From: Chitinophagales bacterium
GTDB lineage: Bacteria > Bacteroidota > Bacteroidia > Chitinophagales > LD1
Assembly: GCA_046329515.1 (NCBI GenBank)
Contig: JAXLUM010000005.1
Location: 217,787-281,786 of the forward strand
Reading direction: 5' to 3'
Length of the DNA stretch: 64,000 nucleotides
Position 1 is the stretch's first letter; every line of letters starts with the position of its first letter. The notes under the pieces were generated by a model. It searched no databases, had not been told where the DNA came from, and worked only from the letters and a program-made list of their open reading frames with translations. This document shows positions 41,888-51,900 of this stretch, piece by piece. Position numbers and translations under genes: made by a program.

Positions 41888-43213
41888 TTACCTGCCAATA
41901 CCCTTTATCTGGCGGCCGGCGCTGCTTAGTTTCTGCATGCTCTTCATCATCTTCTTCATCTCCTCAAACTGCTTCAAAAACTGGTTAACCTCCTGTATGG
42001 TATTGCCGCTGCCTTTGGCCAAACGCTGCTTGCGCTTACCGTCCAGGGTATCAGGGTTGCTGCGCTCATGCGGGGTCATAGAAAGAATGATGGCCTCTAC
42101 CTTTTTAAAGCTATCGTCGTTAATATCAATATCCTTAACGGCCTTGCCTATGCCGGGTATCATGCCTAACAGGTCCTTAACGTTACCCATTTTTTTAATT
42201 TGGGCTAACTGCGCCAGGAAGTCGTTAAAGTCAAACTGCTCCTTACGGATTTTTGCTTCCAGTTCGCGGGCCTTCTTCTCGTCGTAGTGCTGCTGGGCTT
42301 TCTCCACAAAGGAAACGATATCGCCCATGCCTAAAATACGGCTGGCCATACGGTCCGGGTGGAAAACATCCAGCGTATCTACCTTCTCCCCTGTTGATAC
42401 AAACTTTATAGGCTTGCCAACGGTGTAAGAAATAGTTAAAGCCGCACCACCACGGGTATCGCCATCTAACTTGGTTAACACCACGCCGTCAAAGTTCAGG
42501 CGGTCGTTAAAGGCCTTGGCCGTGTTTACAGCATCCTGACCGGTCATGGAGTCCACAACAAACAAAATCTCGTCAGGGTTAGTCTTTGCCTTTACTGCCG
42601 CAATTTCATTCATCATCTCCTCATCAACTGCCAAACGGCCGGCGGTATCTATTATCACCAGGTCTAAACCCTGGGCTTTAGCATGCGCTAAACCGTTAAG
42701 GGCAATTTCTACCGGGTTCTTATTCTCTTTTTCGTGGTAAACGGGTACGTTAATCTTCTCCCCCAACACAATCAACTGGTCAATAGCCGCAGGGCGGTAA
42801 ACGTCGCCGGCCACCATTAGGGGGCGCTTGTATTTTTGCGTTTTAAGAAAGTGAGCCAGCTTATGCGTAAAGGTGGTTTTACCGCTACCTTGTAAGCCCG
42901 CAATTAGTATTACAGCAGGGTTGCCTTTAATGTTAAAGTCTGCCGCTTTACCACCCATTAATTTGGTTAGCTCATCGTAAACTATCTTGGTCATTAACTG
43001 GCCGGGCGATACCGCCGTTAACACGTTCTGCCCTAGGGCTTCATCCTTAACTTTATCTGTAAACTCCTTGGCAATCTTATAGTTCACGTCGGCCTCCACC
43101 AATGCCTTACGGATTTCTTTAACCGTTTCAGCAATGTTCAGCTCCGTTAATTTGCCTTGGCCTGTAAGCGATTTAAACGCACCTTCTAACCGTTCCGATA
43201 AACTTTCAAACAT
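41888..43213 (-). CDS. ffh: Signal recognition particle protein Ffh
   Basis: GLQGSGKTT, DVYRPAA, DTAGR, TKLDGDTRGGAALT, RMASRILGMGD, M domain. TACATTTG box on the minus strand at 43241-43248. Confidence 0.98.
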   Translation of the reverse strand: MFESLSERLEGAFKSLTGQGKLTELNIAETVKEIRKALVEADVNYKIAKEFTDKVKDEALGQNVLTAVSPGQLMTKIVYDELTKLMGGKAADFNIKGNPAVILIAGLQGSGKTTFTHKLAHFLKTQKYKRPLMVAGDVYRPAAIDQLIVLGEKINVPVYHEKENKNPVEIALNGLAHAKAQGLDLVIIDTAGRLAVDEEMMNEIAAVKAKTNPDEILFVVDSMTGQDAVNTAKAFNDRLNFDGVVLTKLDGDTRGGAALTISYTVGKPIKFVSTGEKVDTLDVFHPDRMASRILGMGDIVSFVEKAQQHYDEKKARELEAKIRKEQFDFNDFLAQLAQIKKMGNVKDLLGMIPGIGKAVKDIDINDDSFKKVEAIILSMTPHERSNPDTLDGKRKQRLAKGSGNTIQEVNQFLKQFEEMKKMMKSMQKLSSAGRQIKGIGR

Positions 43214-43351
43214 ACTTTGTCGCTCCTTTTATTGGGGCTGCAAATGTAAAAGATTTGGTGGATTGTGCTGCGGCCCCGAGCGAGTGTTAACCGCCATACC
43301 TTTAACCCCTCTCGCATACTTTGCTTATACTTGAAAGCAAATTGAAATGCT

Positions 43352-43729
43352 ATGCGTTATGTACTGCTGCCCGTGCTTGTTATGACCCTGCTGTTAACCG
43401 CCTGCAACGGCAACAAGGAAAGAGTTTACAAATACATTGAAGTAACCGAAATGGAGAGCCCGCTTGGCGGGGTAGAAACCGATTATAAACCCGAACAGGA
43501 AATAAAGGCCGAAAGCGACAGCGCTGCCTACTTACAGGGCTTTCAGAAGTTTTGCCTTGCTGTGCGTGTGTATGGCGAAATACAAACCAAGACGGGGGCA
43601 GCCGTAGCTAAACCATCACGCTTTAAGTTAATGGACGATAAAGGCACCGACCTTGTACCCACCCTAAGCTTTGCGGGTAAAGATGAACGCGAAAAGGAAA
43701 TTATAGACCTTGTGTTTAAGAAGAAGTAG
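43352..43729 (+). CDS. Hypothetical lipoprotein
   Basis: Lipobox LLLTAC. No recognisable domain. Confidence 0.7.
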   Translation: MRYVLLPVLVMTLLLTACNGNKERVYKYIEVTEMESPLGGVETDYKPEQEIKAESDSAAYLQGFQKFCLAVRVYGEIQTKTGAAVAKPSRFKLMDDKGTDLVPTLSFAGKDEREKEIIDLVFKKK

Positions 43730-43732
43730 AAG

Positions 43733-44671
43733 CTAGTGCATAAGCGTAATGCGCCTGCACCCTAAGGAACGCCCATCACTTTCTGTAAGATTGAGCAAGT
43801 AACTTCCATTGGTTAAGAAGCTCAGATCTACAGTTATAGTTGATTTACTACCGCTTTCAGTTTGCTCTTTTATCAGCCTTCCTACCATATCATAGACCCA
43901 TACATGCATAGTACCTGGTGATGCGTAATCATTCAGATTGACATTGATATACTGCGAGGCAGGTTGCGGATATACAGAAAACTGCGGCTCTGCAAGGGGT
44001 GATTCAATACCGGATATAACATAATAATACCCGGCTGAATCCAACCAATGAATAGTATCGCTGCTATATTTTACTAATTCCACCCAACACCCGCCGCCAT
44101 GCCCAAAAGAGCCCGGCCCCGGCCAAAACTCCACAGCCGACATTCCCGTCTTTTTGTAACCAACACCTTCAACCACCTCCGCATAGTAACCGCTTTCGAA
44201 AAAACCGAATGAGTACAAACATAGCTGCCGATTATAATACCAGGTGCCGGAGGAGTTTAAATGACAATCCGGCTCTCCTAAGCCATCCGAAAAAGTGCTT
44301 ACGTCACATCCCCCATTGTATATAGAACTACCACCATAAAGTTTTGGGTTTTTCACCCCTCTAAATACGCAGAATGGTGAATCAACATTGTTAACTACAA
44401 AAGCCGAAGTATCGCCTGCCGGCAAAAATTTGATATTGTATAAAATGGAATCTCCTGAATCTGTTCTTGAAAGTATGGTATACTCTACTTTACCGGCCAT
44501 ATAAAATTGTGCCGGAAAATTTTGAGGGTCGTCAAAGTTTATGCGGTAGGCCAACGTATCGCCTACCTTTAAATTAAAGTAGTCGCCAATAGTTAAGGTA
44601 TCAACCTGTGCGCTTGCTGTGTAAGAAGCAAACAAAGAGAGGCATAGAAGTATGCGCCACATAGGTTTCAT
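43733..44671 (-). CDS. T9SS type-A cargo protein with an unknown passenger domain
   Basis: Signal peptide ending ASA-Q. CTD FSVYPQPASQYINV...VYDMVGRL...VDLSFLTNGSYLLNL. Confidence 0.82.
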   Translation of the reverse strand: MKPMWRILLCLSLFASYTASAQVDTLTIGDYFNLKVGDTLAYRINFDDPQNFPAQFYMAGKVEYTILSRTDSGDSILYNIKFLPAGDTSAFVVNNVDSPFCVFRGVKNPKLYGGSSIYNGGCDVSTFSDGLGEPDCHLNSSGTWYYNRQLCLYSFGFFESGYYAEVVEGVGYKKTGMSAVEFWPGPGSFGHGGGCWVELVKYSSDTIHWLDSAGYYYVISGIESPLAEPQFSVYPQPASQYINVNLNDYASPGTMHVWVYDMVGRLIKEQTESGSKSTITVDLSFLTNGSYLLNLTESDGRSLGCRRITLMH

Positions 44672-44744
44672 GCTTAAAAATAAGATAATATCAACTACTT
44701 GTCACCTTGAACTTGAAGAATGGTTTCATTAGCGCTTCTTCCTG

Positions 44745-44786
44745 TTCACCCTTCAACATCCCGAAACTTCGGGATCAGGATGACAG
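44745..44786. repeat. REP-like unit related to the 7074 and 7194 copies
   Basis: TTCACCCTTCAACATCCCGAAACTTCGGGATCAGGATGACA. Confidence 0.75.
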
Positions 44787-44822
44787 AGTAAAACTCCTTG
44801 TGAGTTTGAGCCCATCAAAGAA

Positions 44823-44975
44823 TACCCCCTCCGTCGACAGTTCCACTCCGTTACGCTGTCTCCTCGTCCCCCTGCCAGGTGGACAGCTTAATACAACAGC
44901 GCTACTCCATATTAATGTCCCCCTAACAGGGGGACGAGGAAATCCCGATAGCCATCGCGATTGACGGAGGGGGTA
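44823..44975. mobile_element. MITE-like composite palindrome, copy 2
   Basis: Perfect 13-bp TIR TACCCCCTCCGTC / GACGGAGGGGGTA. Shares GTCCCCCTAACAGGGGGACGAGG with copy 1. Confidence 0.72.
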
Positions 44976-45075
44976 TAGGCTCAAAGCCCCAAAAACAAAA
45001 AACGCCCAACGATTTGCTCGAAGGGCGCTTGTATATTCTGAAATCTGAATTCTGATTTCTTACTTCTATTATCTA

Positions 45076-46524
45076 CTAGTAATAAGTTAAGCGGCGAACA
45101 TCAGCTAAGTGTTTGGCTAAGCGTATAACCTGGCAGGTGTAACCGTATTCGTTATCGTACCAGGCATAAACCACTACGCGCTTACCGTCTTCGCTTACAA
45201 TAGTTGCCTTGCTGTCAATTTCGCAGGCGTGGCTGTTGCCAATTACATCACTGCTTACCAGCTCATCGCTAATAGAGTAATCAATTTGCTCTACCAACTT
45301 GCCGAACAATGAAGCATTGCGCAACAGGTTGTTTACTTCTTCAACCGTAGTTTGCTTTTTAACCATAAGGCTAAGTATAGCTAAGCTTACGTTAGGCACC
45401 GGCACGCGCACCGCATTGCTGGTTAGTTTACCTTTCATGTGCGGAAACACCTTGGTAACGGCTTTGCCTGCACCTGTTTCGGTAATAACCATGTTTATCG
45501 GGGCTCCGCGTCCGCGGCGAGATTTCTTGTGGTAGTTATCCAACAGGTTTTGGTCGTTAGTGTAAGCATGCACGGTTTCAATGTGGCCCTGGTCAATACC
45601 CAGGTTGCTTTCAATAACATCAATAACCGGCACAATAGCATTGGTAGTGCAACTGGCTGCGGTAAATATTTTGCCGTTGCCGCCGGTGTATTGGTCGTGG
45701 TTAACACCGTAAACAATGTTTGGTATATCGCCTTTGCCGGGGGCAGTAAGTATAACCATGCCTGCGCCTTTGGCCTTCAGGTGTTCGCCAAGGGCCTTCT
45801 CATCGCGCCATACGCCGGTGTTATCAATAATAATGGCGTTATCAATGCCGTAATCGTTATAGTTAATTTCTGCCGGGCTTGATGCTGAAATCATCTTCAC
45901 CGTGTGGCCGTTAATGTTAATGGCGCTGCCATCAGCATCCGGTTCTACCACACCGCCAAACTTGCCGTGTACGCTATCCTTACGCAACAGGCTGGCACGC
46001 TTAACCAGGTCATCAGCCGCACGCTCGCGGGTAACAATACCCTTTAAGCGCAGTTGGTGGCCGCTACCGGCATGGTCCATAAGCACACGCGCAGCCAAAC
46101 GGCCAATACGGCCAAAGCCGTAAAGCACCACATCGCGCGGTACAATCTTCTTACTGTTGGCGGTAGTAAAGTCTTTCAGTTTATCTTTTACAAACTCCTC
46201 TACACTGCCGTATTTAGCGCCTTCGTTATTCCACTCGCTGCTAAGGCGGCCAAGGTCTATTTTGCTGGGGGCAATATCGCTTTTGGCTATAGCCTGCACC
46301 AGGCTAAGGCTGGTTTCAGGCGATAAGTTAATGCCGGCAAACTTGCTAAGGTAGTTGTGGTCGTGTATAATTTCGCTCAGCTTCTTATCGTAAATTTTAC
46401 GGCGGAAAAGCACCACTTCAATGTCCTTTTCCAACTGTAATTTGCTTACCAAATTCTGCAGCTCAAGGGTGGTTTTTTCGCTGTTTACCCACTGGCTAAG
46501 TTCTTTCTCGTAGTTAATTGGCAT
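45076..46524 (-). CDS. gap: Type I glyceraldehyde-3-phosphate dehydrogenase, long form
   Basis: YGFGRIGR, AASCTTNA, HAYTNDQ, VRVPVPNVS, WYDNEYGY. About 130-aa N-terminal extension. Confidence 0.95.
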   Translation of the reverse strand: MPINYEKELSQWVNSEKTTLELQNLVSKLQLEKDIEVVLFRRKIYDKKLSEIIHDHNYLSKFAGINLSPETSLSLVQAIAKSDIAPSKIDLGRLSSEWNNEGAKYGSVEEFVKDKLKDFTTANSKKIVPRDVVLYGFGRIGRLAARVLMDHAGSGHQLRLKGIVTRERAADDLVKRASLLRKDSVHGKFGGVVEPDADGSAININGHTVKMISASSPAEINYNDYGIDNAIIIDNTGVWRDEKALGEHLKAKGAGMVILTAPGKGDIPNIVYGVNHDQYTGGNGKIFTAASCTTNAIVPVIDVIESNLGIDQGHIETVHAYTNDQNLLDNYHKKSRRGRGAPINMVITETGAGKAVTKVFPHMKGKLTSNAVRVPVPNVSLAILSLMVKKQTTVEEVNNLLRNASLFGKLVEQIDYSISDELVSSDVIGNSHACEIDSKATIVSEDGKRVVVYAWYDNEYGYTCQVIRLAKHLADVRRLTYY

Positions 46525-46763
46525 ATCTAGTAATTAAGAGGTGTAATTAAAATTTTATGAGTGTAACTACCCTTTAAAAGGCGGTGCGAATATGCTAAGT
46601 TTTTGCAAAAACGGGGTTATGATTATAAACAAGTAACAACCACTATAACCACATAGGCACAAAGGCATTAAGCGGTTGAGTTATTTCCCCCTGCTTGGTT
46701 CCCAGACCCCTTCGGGAGCAGAAGAATTTAATACAGCCTAAAATGAGGGAATGTTTTATGAAC

Positions 46764-46925
46764 TACCCCCCTCCGCCAAACTTCGTAAGGCTCGTCCCCC
46801 TGTCCCGAAGCTTCGGGAGGGGGACAATAACTTAACTAAAATCCTCTCCCGCCCACCAATTGCTTACGCCCCCTCTCCTTATTAAGGAGAGGGGAGATAA
46901 TCGCTTTGCTATTATGGGGTGAGGT
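46764..46925. repeat. Composite palindromic repeat; direct repeat on the left of the ars genes
   Basis: Colinear with 48727-48886 in the same orientation. Confidence 0.8.
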
Positions 46926-46980
46926 AAACCATAAAGAAACAACGTAACAACGTGCAGTTGTTGACGGAAGAGGGATTAGA

Positions 46981-47019
46981 GATTCCGTGTCTCCCGATAG
47001 CTATCGGGACGGAATGACG
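46981..47019. repeat. REP-like hairpin with nested palindrome
   Basis: GATTCCGT-gtc-TCCCGATAGCTATCGGGA-CGGAATGACG. Confidence 0.7.
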
Positions 47020-47039
47020 GGAAGAGTGTGGTATAAACT

Positions 47040-47435
47040 TTATATCCCCATTCCGCGCAGCAGTTCCACCACCTTGCTTTCAATAAGGTTGCGCACCCTG
47101 TTAAACTCTGCGGGTTCCATGTTTCGCGGGTCGGGTATGCTCCAATCCTGGCGGTTAAAGGCTTTAACGTAGGGGCATTCATCGCCACAACCCATAGTTA
47201 CAACATAATCGTATTCTATATCGGGTATCTCTGTTAAGGCCTTTGAGGTATGTTGGCTTAAATCGTAACCCAGCTCCTGCATAGCGGCAATGGCCCTTGG
47301 GTTAATTTTACCAGAGGGCCTTGAGCCTGCGCTATAAGCCTCCACCGCATTGCCGCCGTGCATTAGTGCAAAGGCCTGCGCCATTTGGCTGCGGTTGCTG
47401 TTTTCTATACAAACAAAAATTAATTTCTTTTTCAT
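47040..47435 (-). CDS. arsC: Arsenate reductase (thioredoxin-dependent, LMW-PTP fold)
   Basis: FVCIENSNRSQMA, SAGSRP, MGCGDECP, DWSIPDP. ATGA overlap with the arsM stop. Confidence 0.85.
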   Translation of the reverse strand: MKKKLIFVCIENSNRSQMAQAFALMHGGNAVEAYSAGSRPSGKINPRAIAAMQELGYDLSQHTSKALTEIPDIEYDYVVTMGCGDECPYVKAFNRQDWSIPDPRNMEPAEFNRVRNLIESKVVELLRGMGI

Positions 47436-48271
47436 GAACAGCAGTTTGGGCCGCAACAACTGCCCGAGGCCTTTTCGGCATACACCGTGATACTGTATAT
47501 GCCAATGTTGCCTGCTTTAAACTCAGCTATTTCGGTATCGCTAAGGTGGTTCTTTAAAATATCATCGGGTATAACAATGGGTTTATTTTTCTGCACCTGT
47601 ATGTTTTTAAAACCGGCAGCGCTTATCATGCCCAGGTATTCCTCTTTTTGCACCGCTCCCGATACACAACCCGCATACAGCTCGGCATTTTTGCGAAGGT
47701 TTTCCGTTAAGTTGCCTACCAGCACTACATCGCTAATGCTAAAGTGGCCGCCGGGTTTTAGCACGCGGTTAATTTCATTAAACACAGCCGGTTTGTTAGG
47801 CACCAAGTTAAGCACGCAGTTGCTTATAACCACATCGGCTATGTTAGCGGTTAGGGGCATGTTCTCAATATCACCCTGCCTGAACTCCACATTCTGAAAG
47901 CCCAGTTTTTCGGCATTGGTTTTAGCTTTGGCTACCATGGCGGGTGTAAAGTCAATACCAATTACGCGGCCATCCTCGCCGGCTTCAGCACGGGCCACAA
48001 AGCAATCGTTACCGGCACCGCTGCCAAGGTCAACCACTACATCGCCCTTTTTAATTTTGGCAAACTGCGTAGGCAGGCCACAACCAAGGCCAAGGTCGGC
48101 ATCGGCCGTATAGCCCTGCAGGCCGCTGTAGTCGTCCGTCATAATGTTATACACTTCGGTTGAGCAACCACCGGCGCCGCAGCATGAGCTTTGGTTGGTT
48201 TCCTTATCCTGTAAAGCAATTTCGCTGTATTTGTCTTTAACAGCCTGTTTAATTTGTTCTTCTGTTTGCAT
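47432..48271 (-). CDS. arsM: Arsenite S-adenosylmethionine methyltransferase
   Basis: SCCG, LGLGCGLP, DLGSGAGND, SNCVLNLVP, GCVSGA, C-terminal SCCGPNCCS. Start placed at MQTEE. Confidence 0.93.
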   Translation of the reverse strand: MQTEEQIKQAVKDKYSEIALQDKETNQSSCCGAGGCSTEVYNIMTDDYSGLQGYTADADLGLGCGLPTQFAKIKKGDVVVDLGSGAGNDCFVARAEAGEDGRVIGIDFTPAMVAKAKTNAEKLGFQNVEFRQGDIENMPLTANIADVVISNCVLNLVPNKPAVFNEINRVLKPGGHFSISDVVLVGNLTENLRKNAELYAGCVSGAVQKEEYLGMISAAGFKNIQVQKNKPIVIPDDILKNHLSDTEIAEFKAGNIGIYSITVYAEKASGSCCGPNCCS

Positions 48272-48285
48272 GTGTTTATGTTTTA

Positions 48286-48301
48286 ATCGTAATATTTCGA
48301 T
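48286..48301. promoter_or_regulatory. Putative ArsR operator 2 (upstream of arsM)
   Basis: Near-palindrome ATCGTAATATTTCGAT, a close match to operator 1. Confidence 0.7.
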
Positions 48302-48319
48302 AGATATAAGCAAAAAAAA

Positions 48320-48649
48320 TCAGCAGCAGGAATTGCCGTTAAAGTAACTGCCAAACAACTCGGCTATATATGATTTAGCCAGGCTCCACTCCTTTTCATC
48401 AATACAATAGCAAACCTTAACACCGTCAATATCGCCTTTAATTAAACCCGCTTCCTTCAGTTCTTTCAGGTGTTGCGATATAGTGCTTTGCGAAAGGGGC
48501 AGCTCATCAACAATATCGCCACAAATGCAGGCCTGCTTTTTAATAAGCAGTTGCAGTATGGCTACCCTTGCCGGGTGCGACAGCGCCTTGGCATACCGCG
48601 CTATACGGTTGTGCTTTACTGAAAACTCTTCTGACTTGCTTGCGCCCAT
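48320..48649 (-). CDS. arsR: ArsR/SmtB transcriptional repressor
   Basis: KALSHPARVAIL, ACICGDIV, LSQSTISQHLKELK, VCYC, terminal SCC. Confidence 0.92.
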   Translation of the reverse strand: MGASKSEEFSVKHNRIARYAKALSHPARVAILQLLIKKQACICGDIVDELPLSQSTISQHLKELKEAGLIKGDIDGVKVCYCIDEKEWSLAKSYIAELFGSYFNGNSCC

Positions 48650-48652
48650 TCA

Positions 48653-48668
48653 ATCGCAATATTACGAT
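48653..48668. promoter_or_regulatory. Putative ArsR operator 1 (upstream of arsR)
   Basis: Near-palindrome ATCGCAATATTACGAT, 3 nt from the arsR ATG. Confidence 0.72.
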
Positions 48669-48726
48669 GTATTTTTAAACCGCCAAACTTTTTTGGGGAG
48701 TTTTTTTGGGGGAGGCTTGTATTAAT

Positions 48727-48886
48727 TACCCCCTCCGGGTTCGCAGGCTCACCCTCGTCCCCCTGTCCCGAAGGTTCGGGAGGGGGACAATAGCTTAGCT
48801 AAATCCTCTCCCGCTCTGCAACGGCTTACGCCCCACTGCTTATCAAGGAGAGGGGAGATAATCGCAAGGCAATTATGGGGTGAGGT
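48727..48886. repeat. Composite palindromic repeat; direct repeat on the right of the ars genes
   Basis: Colinear with 46764-46925. Confidence 0.8.
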
Positions 48887-48904
48887 ATAAGCCTATAAAT
48901 ACAA

Positions 48905-48923
48905 ACGCCCCGTAAAGGGGCGT
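48905..48923 (-). terminator. Probable terminator of the TonB-dependent receptor gene
   Basis: ACGCCCC-gtaaa-GGGGCGT. Confidence 0.6.
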
Positions 48924-48953
48924 CTGCAATTGTGGTTTTGGTGGTTAGTATTA

Positions 48954-51900
48954 TTAGAAGGTTACCTGTGCCCTTGCATAGAACTGGGTACCCATTATAG
49001 CAGTGCCCGGGAAACTCTGCCACTGGTAATTGGTAACGTTGTTTACGTTTATTGAAAGCAGTAAACCTTTGTAGAAGCTCGGGCGGTAGCTAACGCGTGC
49101 ATCTAACAGGTAAGCAGGCTTAACTGTGCCGCTGTAAATAGAAGAAGCTGCATCGTAACCCATAGCATAACGGAAGGTTAAACCGTAACCAAAGCCGGGC
49201 TTTTTAAGGGTATGATCAAAGGTAACTGATGCCTTAAGCTTAGGAGCGTTAAGCGGAACATTCTCGCCGGTGCTAAGTTTCAGTTGGTCCTTATTTACCC
49301 AGCTTAAGCTGCCGCCTGCGTTAATGCTGTGCTTATCGGTTTCAACAATATTGTATTGGAAACCGAAGTCGATACCAAATACATCTAAACGGCCAAGGTT
49401 TTTGTAGGTAAGTATATAATCACTATTTACCAATGCAGAGTCGTTTGGTGTAATAGTGCCCATAGGGAACTGGTAGGTTAACACCACAAACTCATCCCAA
49501 ACGGTGCCGGGTATTGAAGGCACAATGCTTGCATTTTGCAGACTGGCTGCACCGTCTAATAAAGGCACTAAGGTGTTGTTAAGCGCACCACCGTTGGCAA
49601 AAAGGTTTTTGTAAAGGCGTCCGCTGGTGTCAATACCTGCTATGGTGCCCGGTGCGTTACGGTCGCCGGCATAACCGCCAAGGTAGCTGTTATGATCAAG
49701 CATTACAGCACCCGAAGCAGAGCTTAAGGCACTAACGTAATCGCTCATGCGGCTCCAGTAACCATCAACCTGTATTGAAAGTTTGTTGAACAATAAACCC
49801 TTGTAACCTAACTCTACCGTTTGGGTAAAGGAGTTATTTATTTTGCGCAGGTTCTTAAAGTTGGCTACGTTTTGTATGCTGCCTGCAAGGTCCTTGGTTT
49901 GGGCAAGGTTGGCATAGTCTACCGAAAGTTGGTTAGCGCTTGCTACCGTGCCGCCGTTGCCGCTAACGCCGTTAAATATGGCATTAACCACGCTTTGTGC
50001 CGCAGCCATGTTATTTAAACTGGCATTAAAGGTATTCACCAGGTATCCTTTTAACGAATCGAACATTTGGGCGTTGTAGCTCTTATCGCCATAGTTAACC
50101 CAGGTACCGTTGCCGCCCCATGGCGCTGTTTTAAACTGCACTACGCTATTACCGCCGCCATCTTTACCATAGTTGTATTCCCAACCATAAGGGTTACCAA
50201 TACCGCGTACGTTAATGCCGTTAGGTATAAGGCCGTTGCTAAGGTCTAAGAACTGGTTAAGCGTGTTAGGCGCATCGAAGGCGCGATTGTAGGTAAGACG
50301 AATGTTGTGGCCCACAGCAGGTTTAAACACCACCGCCGCCCGCGGGCTAAACGATACGTTTTTAATAATGCTGTTGTAGTCAATACGCAAAGCTGCTACC
50401 AACTTCAGCCATTTTAAAGGGTCGCTTTCGGCCTGCAGGTAACCACCTGCCTGCACTACATTATCTCTTTCTTCAAAACGGCCGTTAATGGTTCCGTTAG
50501 TGTTAGGGCGGGTAAGCAATACATCAACCCCGTAAATTAAACCTAACTGCTCCAACGGCTGCACGCTGTGCTGTACCTGAAACACATGCAGTTTACTTTT
50601 ATCAATTAAGCGCTGCACCTGGTAAGGCGTTGGCGGGCTGGTTGAAGAATACGAATTGCGTGATGATGCACTTAACTGCGGTATAAGGAAGGTGTTACCG
50701 GCGTTGCTGCTGTTAAGGAAATACTGTATGTAAAGGTTCTTCCACTTAAAGCGGGCCTGTATATACCAATACATCCACATACCTTTTGAACCGCCTGCTG
50801 CCGCAGCGCCAAGGCCTGTTAACTCAATGTTGCGGGCGCCGGCAATACCACCGTTAATAGTAATGGTTATATCTTCAATAGGTTTAATATCAATACGGCC
50901 ATCAGCAGTGAACTTGCGTATTTCGTAATCCTTTTTAAAGCGCTTTATATCAAGGTTGGTAAGGGTATCTACATGGCCAAGGCTATCGGTAACGTATGAA
51001 AAGCCAAGTGTATCGGGCCTGAAAATTTTACCGTTTACCACCGAGCCAAACAAAAGGCTATCGCCATTGTAAGGTTCACGTGCATCTACCACCGGGTAAT
51101 CGCGGCCCTGAAAGTAGCTGCCTGAAATTTTGTAACCGAACTTACCATCCCACAACTTGCCGCTGTGGCGTATTTCGGGGTTAATAATGTTACCGCTTAG
51201 CTTGTGGCCTTCCGTAGCCTGGTAGCTTTTATCCAGCACGGTAAAGCCGCTGGTCATGGCAATAGTAGTTTCAAACTTTTCCTTTTGCTCTAATGGGTTT
51301 TTAGTAATTATATGTATAACGCCCGATGAAGCATTGGGGCCATACAGTGCAGAAGCTGGGCCACGCACCACTTCAATACGCTCATAATCTAAATTGCTGG
51401 TAGGCATTAGCTGGTACGCATTAACGCGTAATGAAGGCACTGAGCCAATACGATTATCAACCACGTTTAAAACGGTGCCGCTAAAGATATTATTGAAACC
51501 GCGTACCACCACGTTGCTTGATACCAGGCCTGTGCGCATAACGTCAACACCGGGGCTTGTTTTCAATTGGTCAACCGGGGTCGTTACCACGTTTTTCTCC
51601 AGCTTATCAGCGCCAATTACTGATACTGAGGCAGGGGCATCCAGCAACTTCTCTTTCTTTTTAGAAGCAGATATTACCACCTGGTTAAGGCCAACCTCAG
51701 CAGGGGCCATATCAATATTTACTACCTGGTTACCAAGAGCAGCGTTAATGGTAATCTCCTTGTTATCGTAGCCCACAAAGCTTATCACCAGTGTTTTGGC
51801 CTCTTTGGGCACTTCAATGGTGTAATTACCGGCATCGTCAGTAGTAGTGCCGGTGTTGCTGCCTTTAACCATAACGGTGGCGCCGGGCAGGGGTTGCTTG

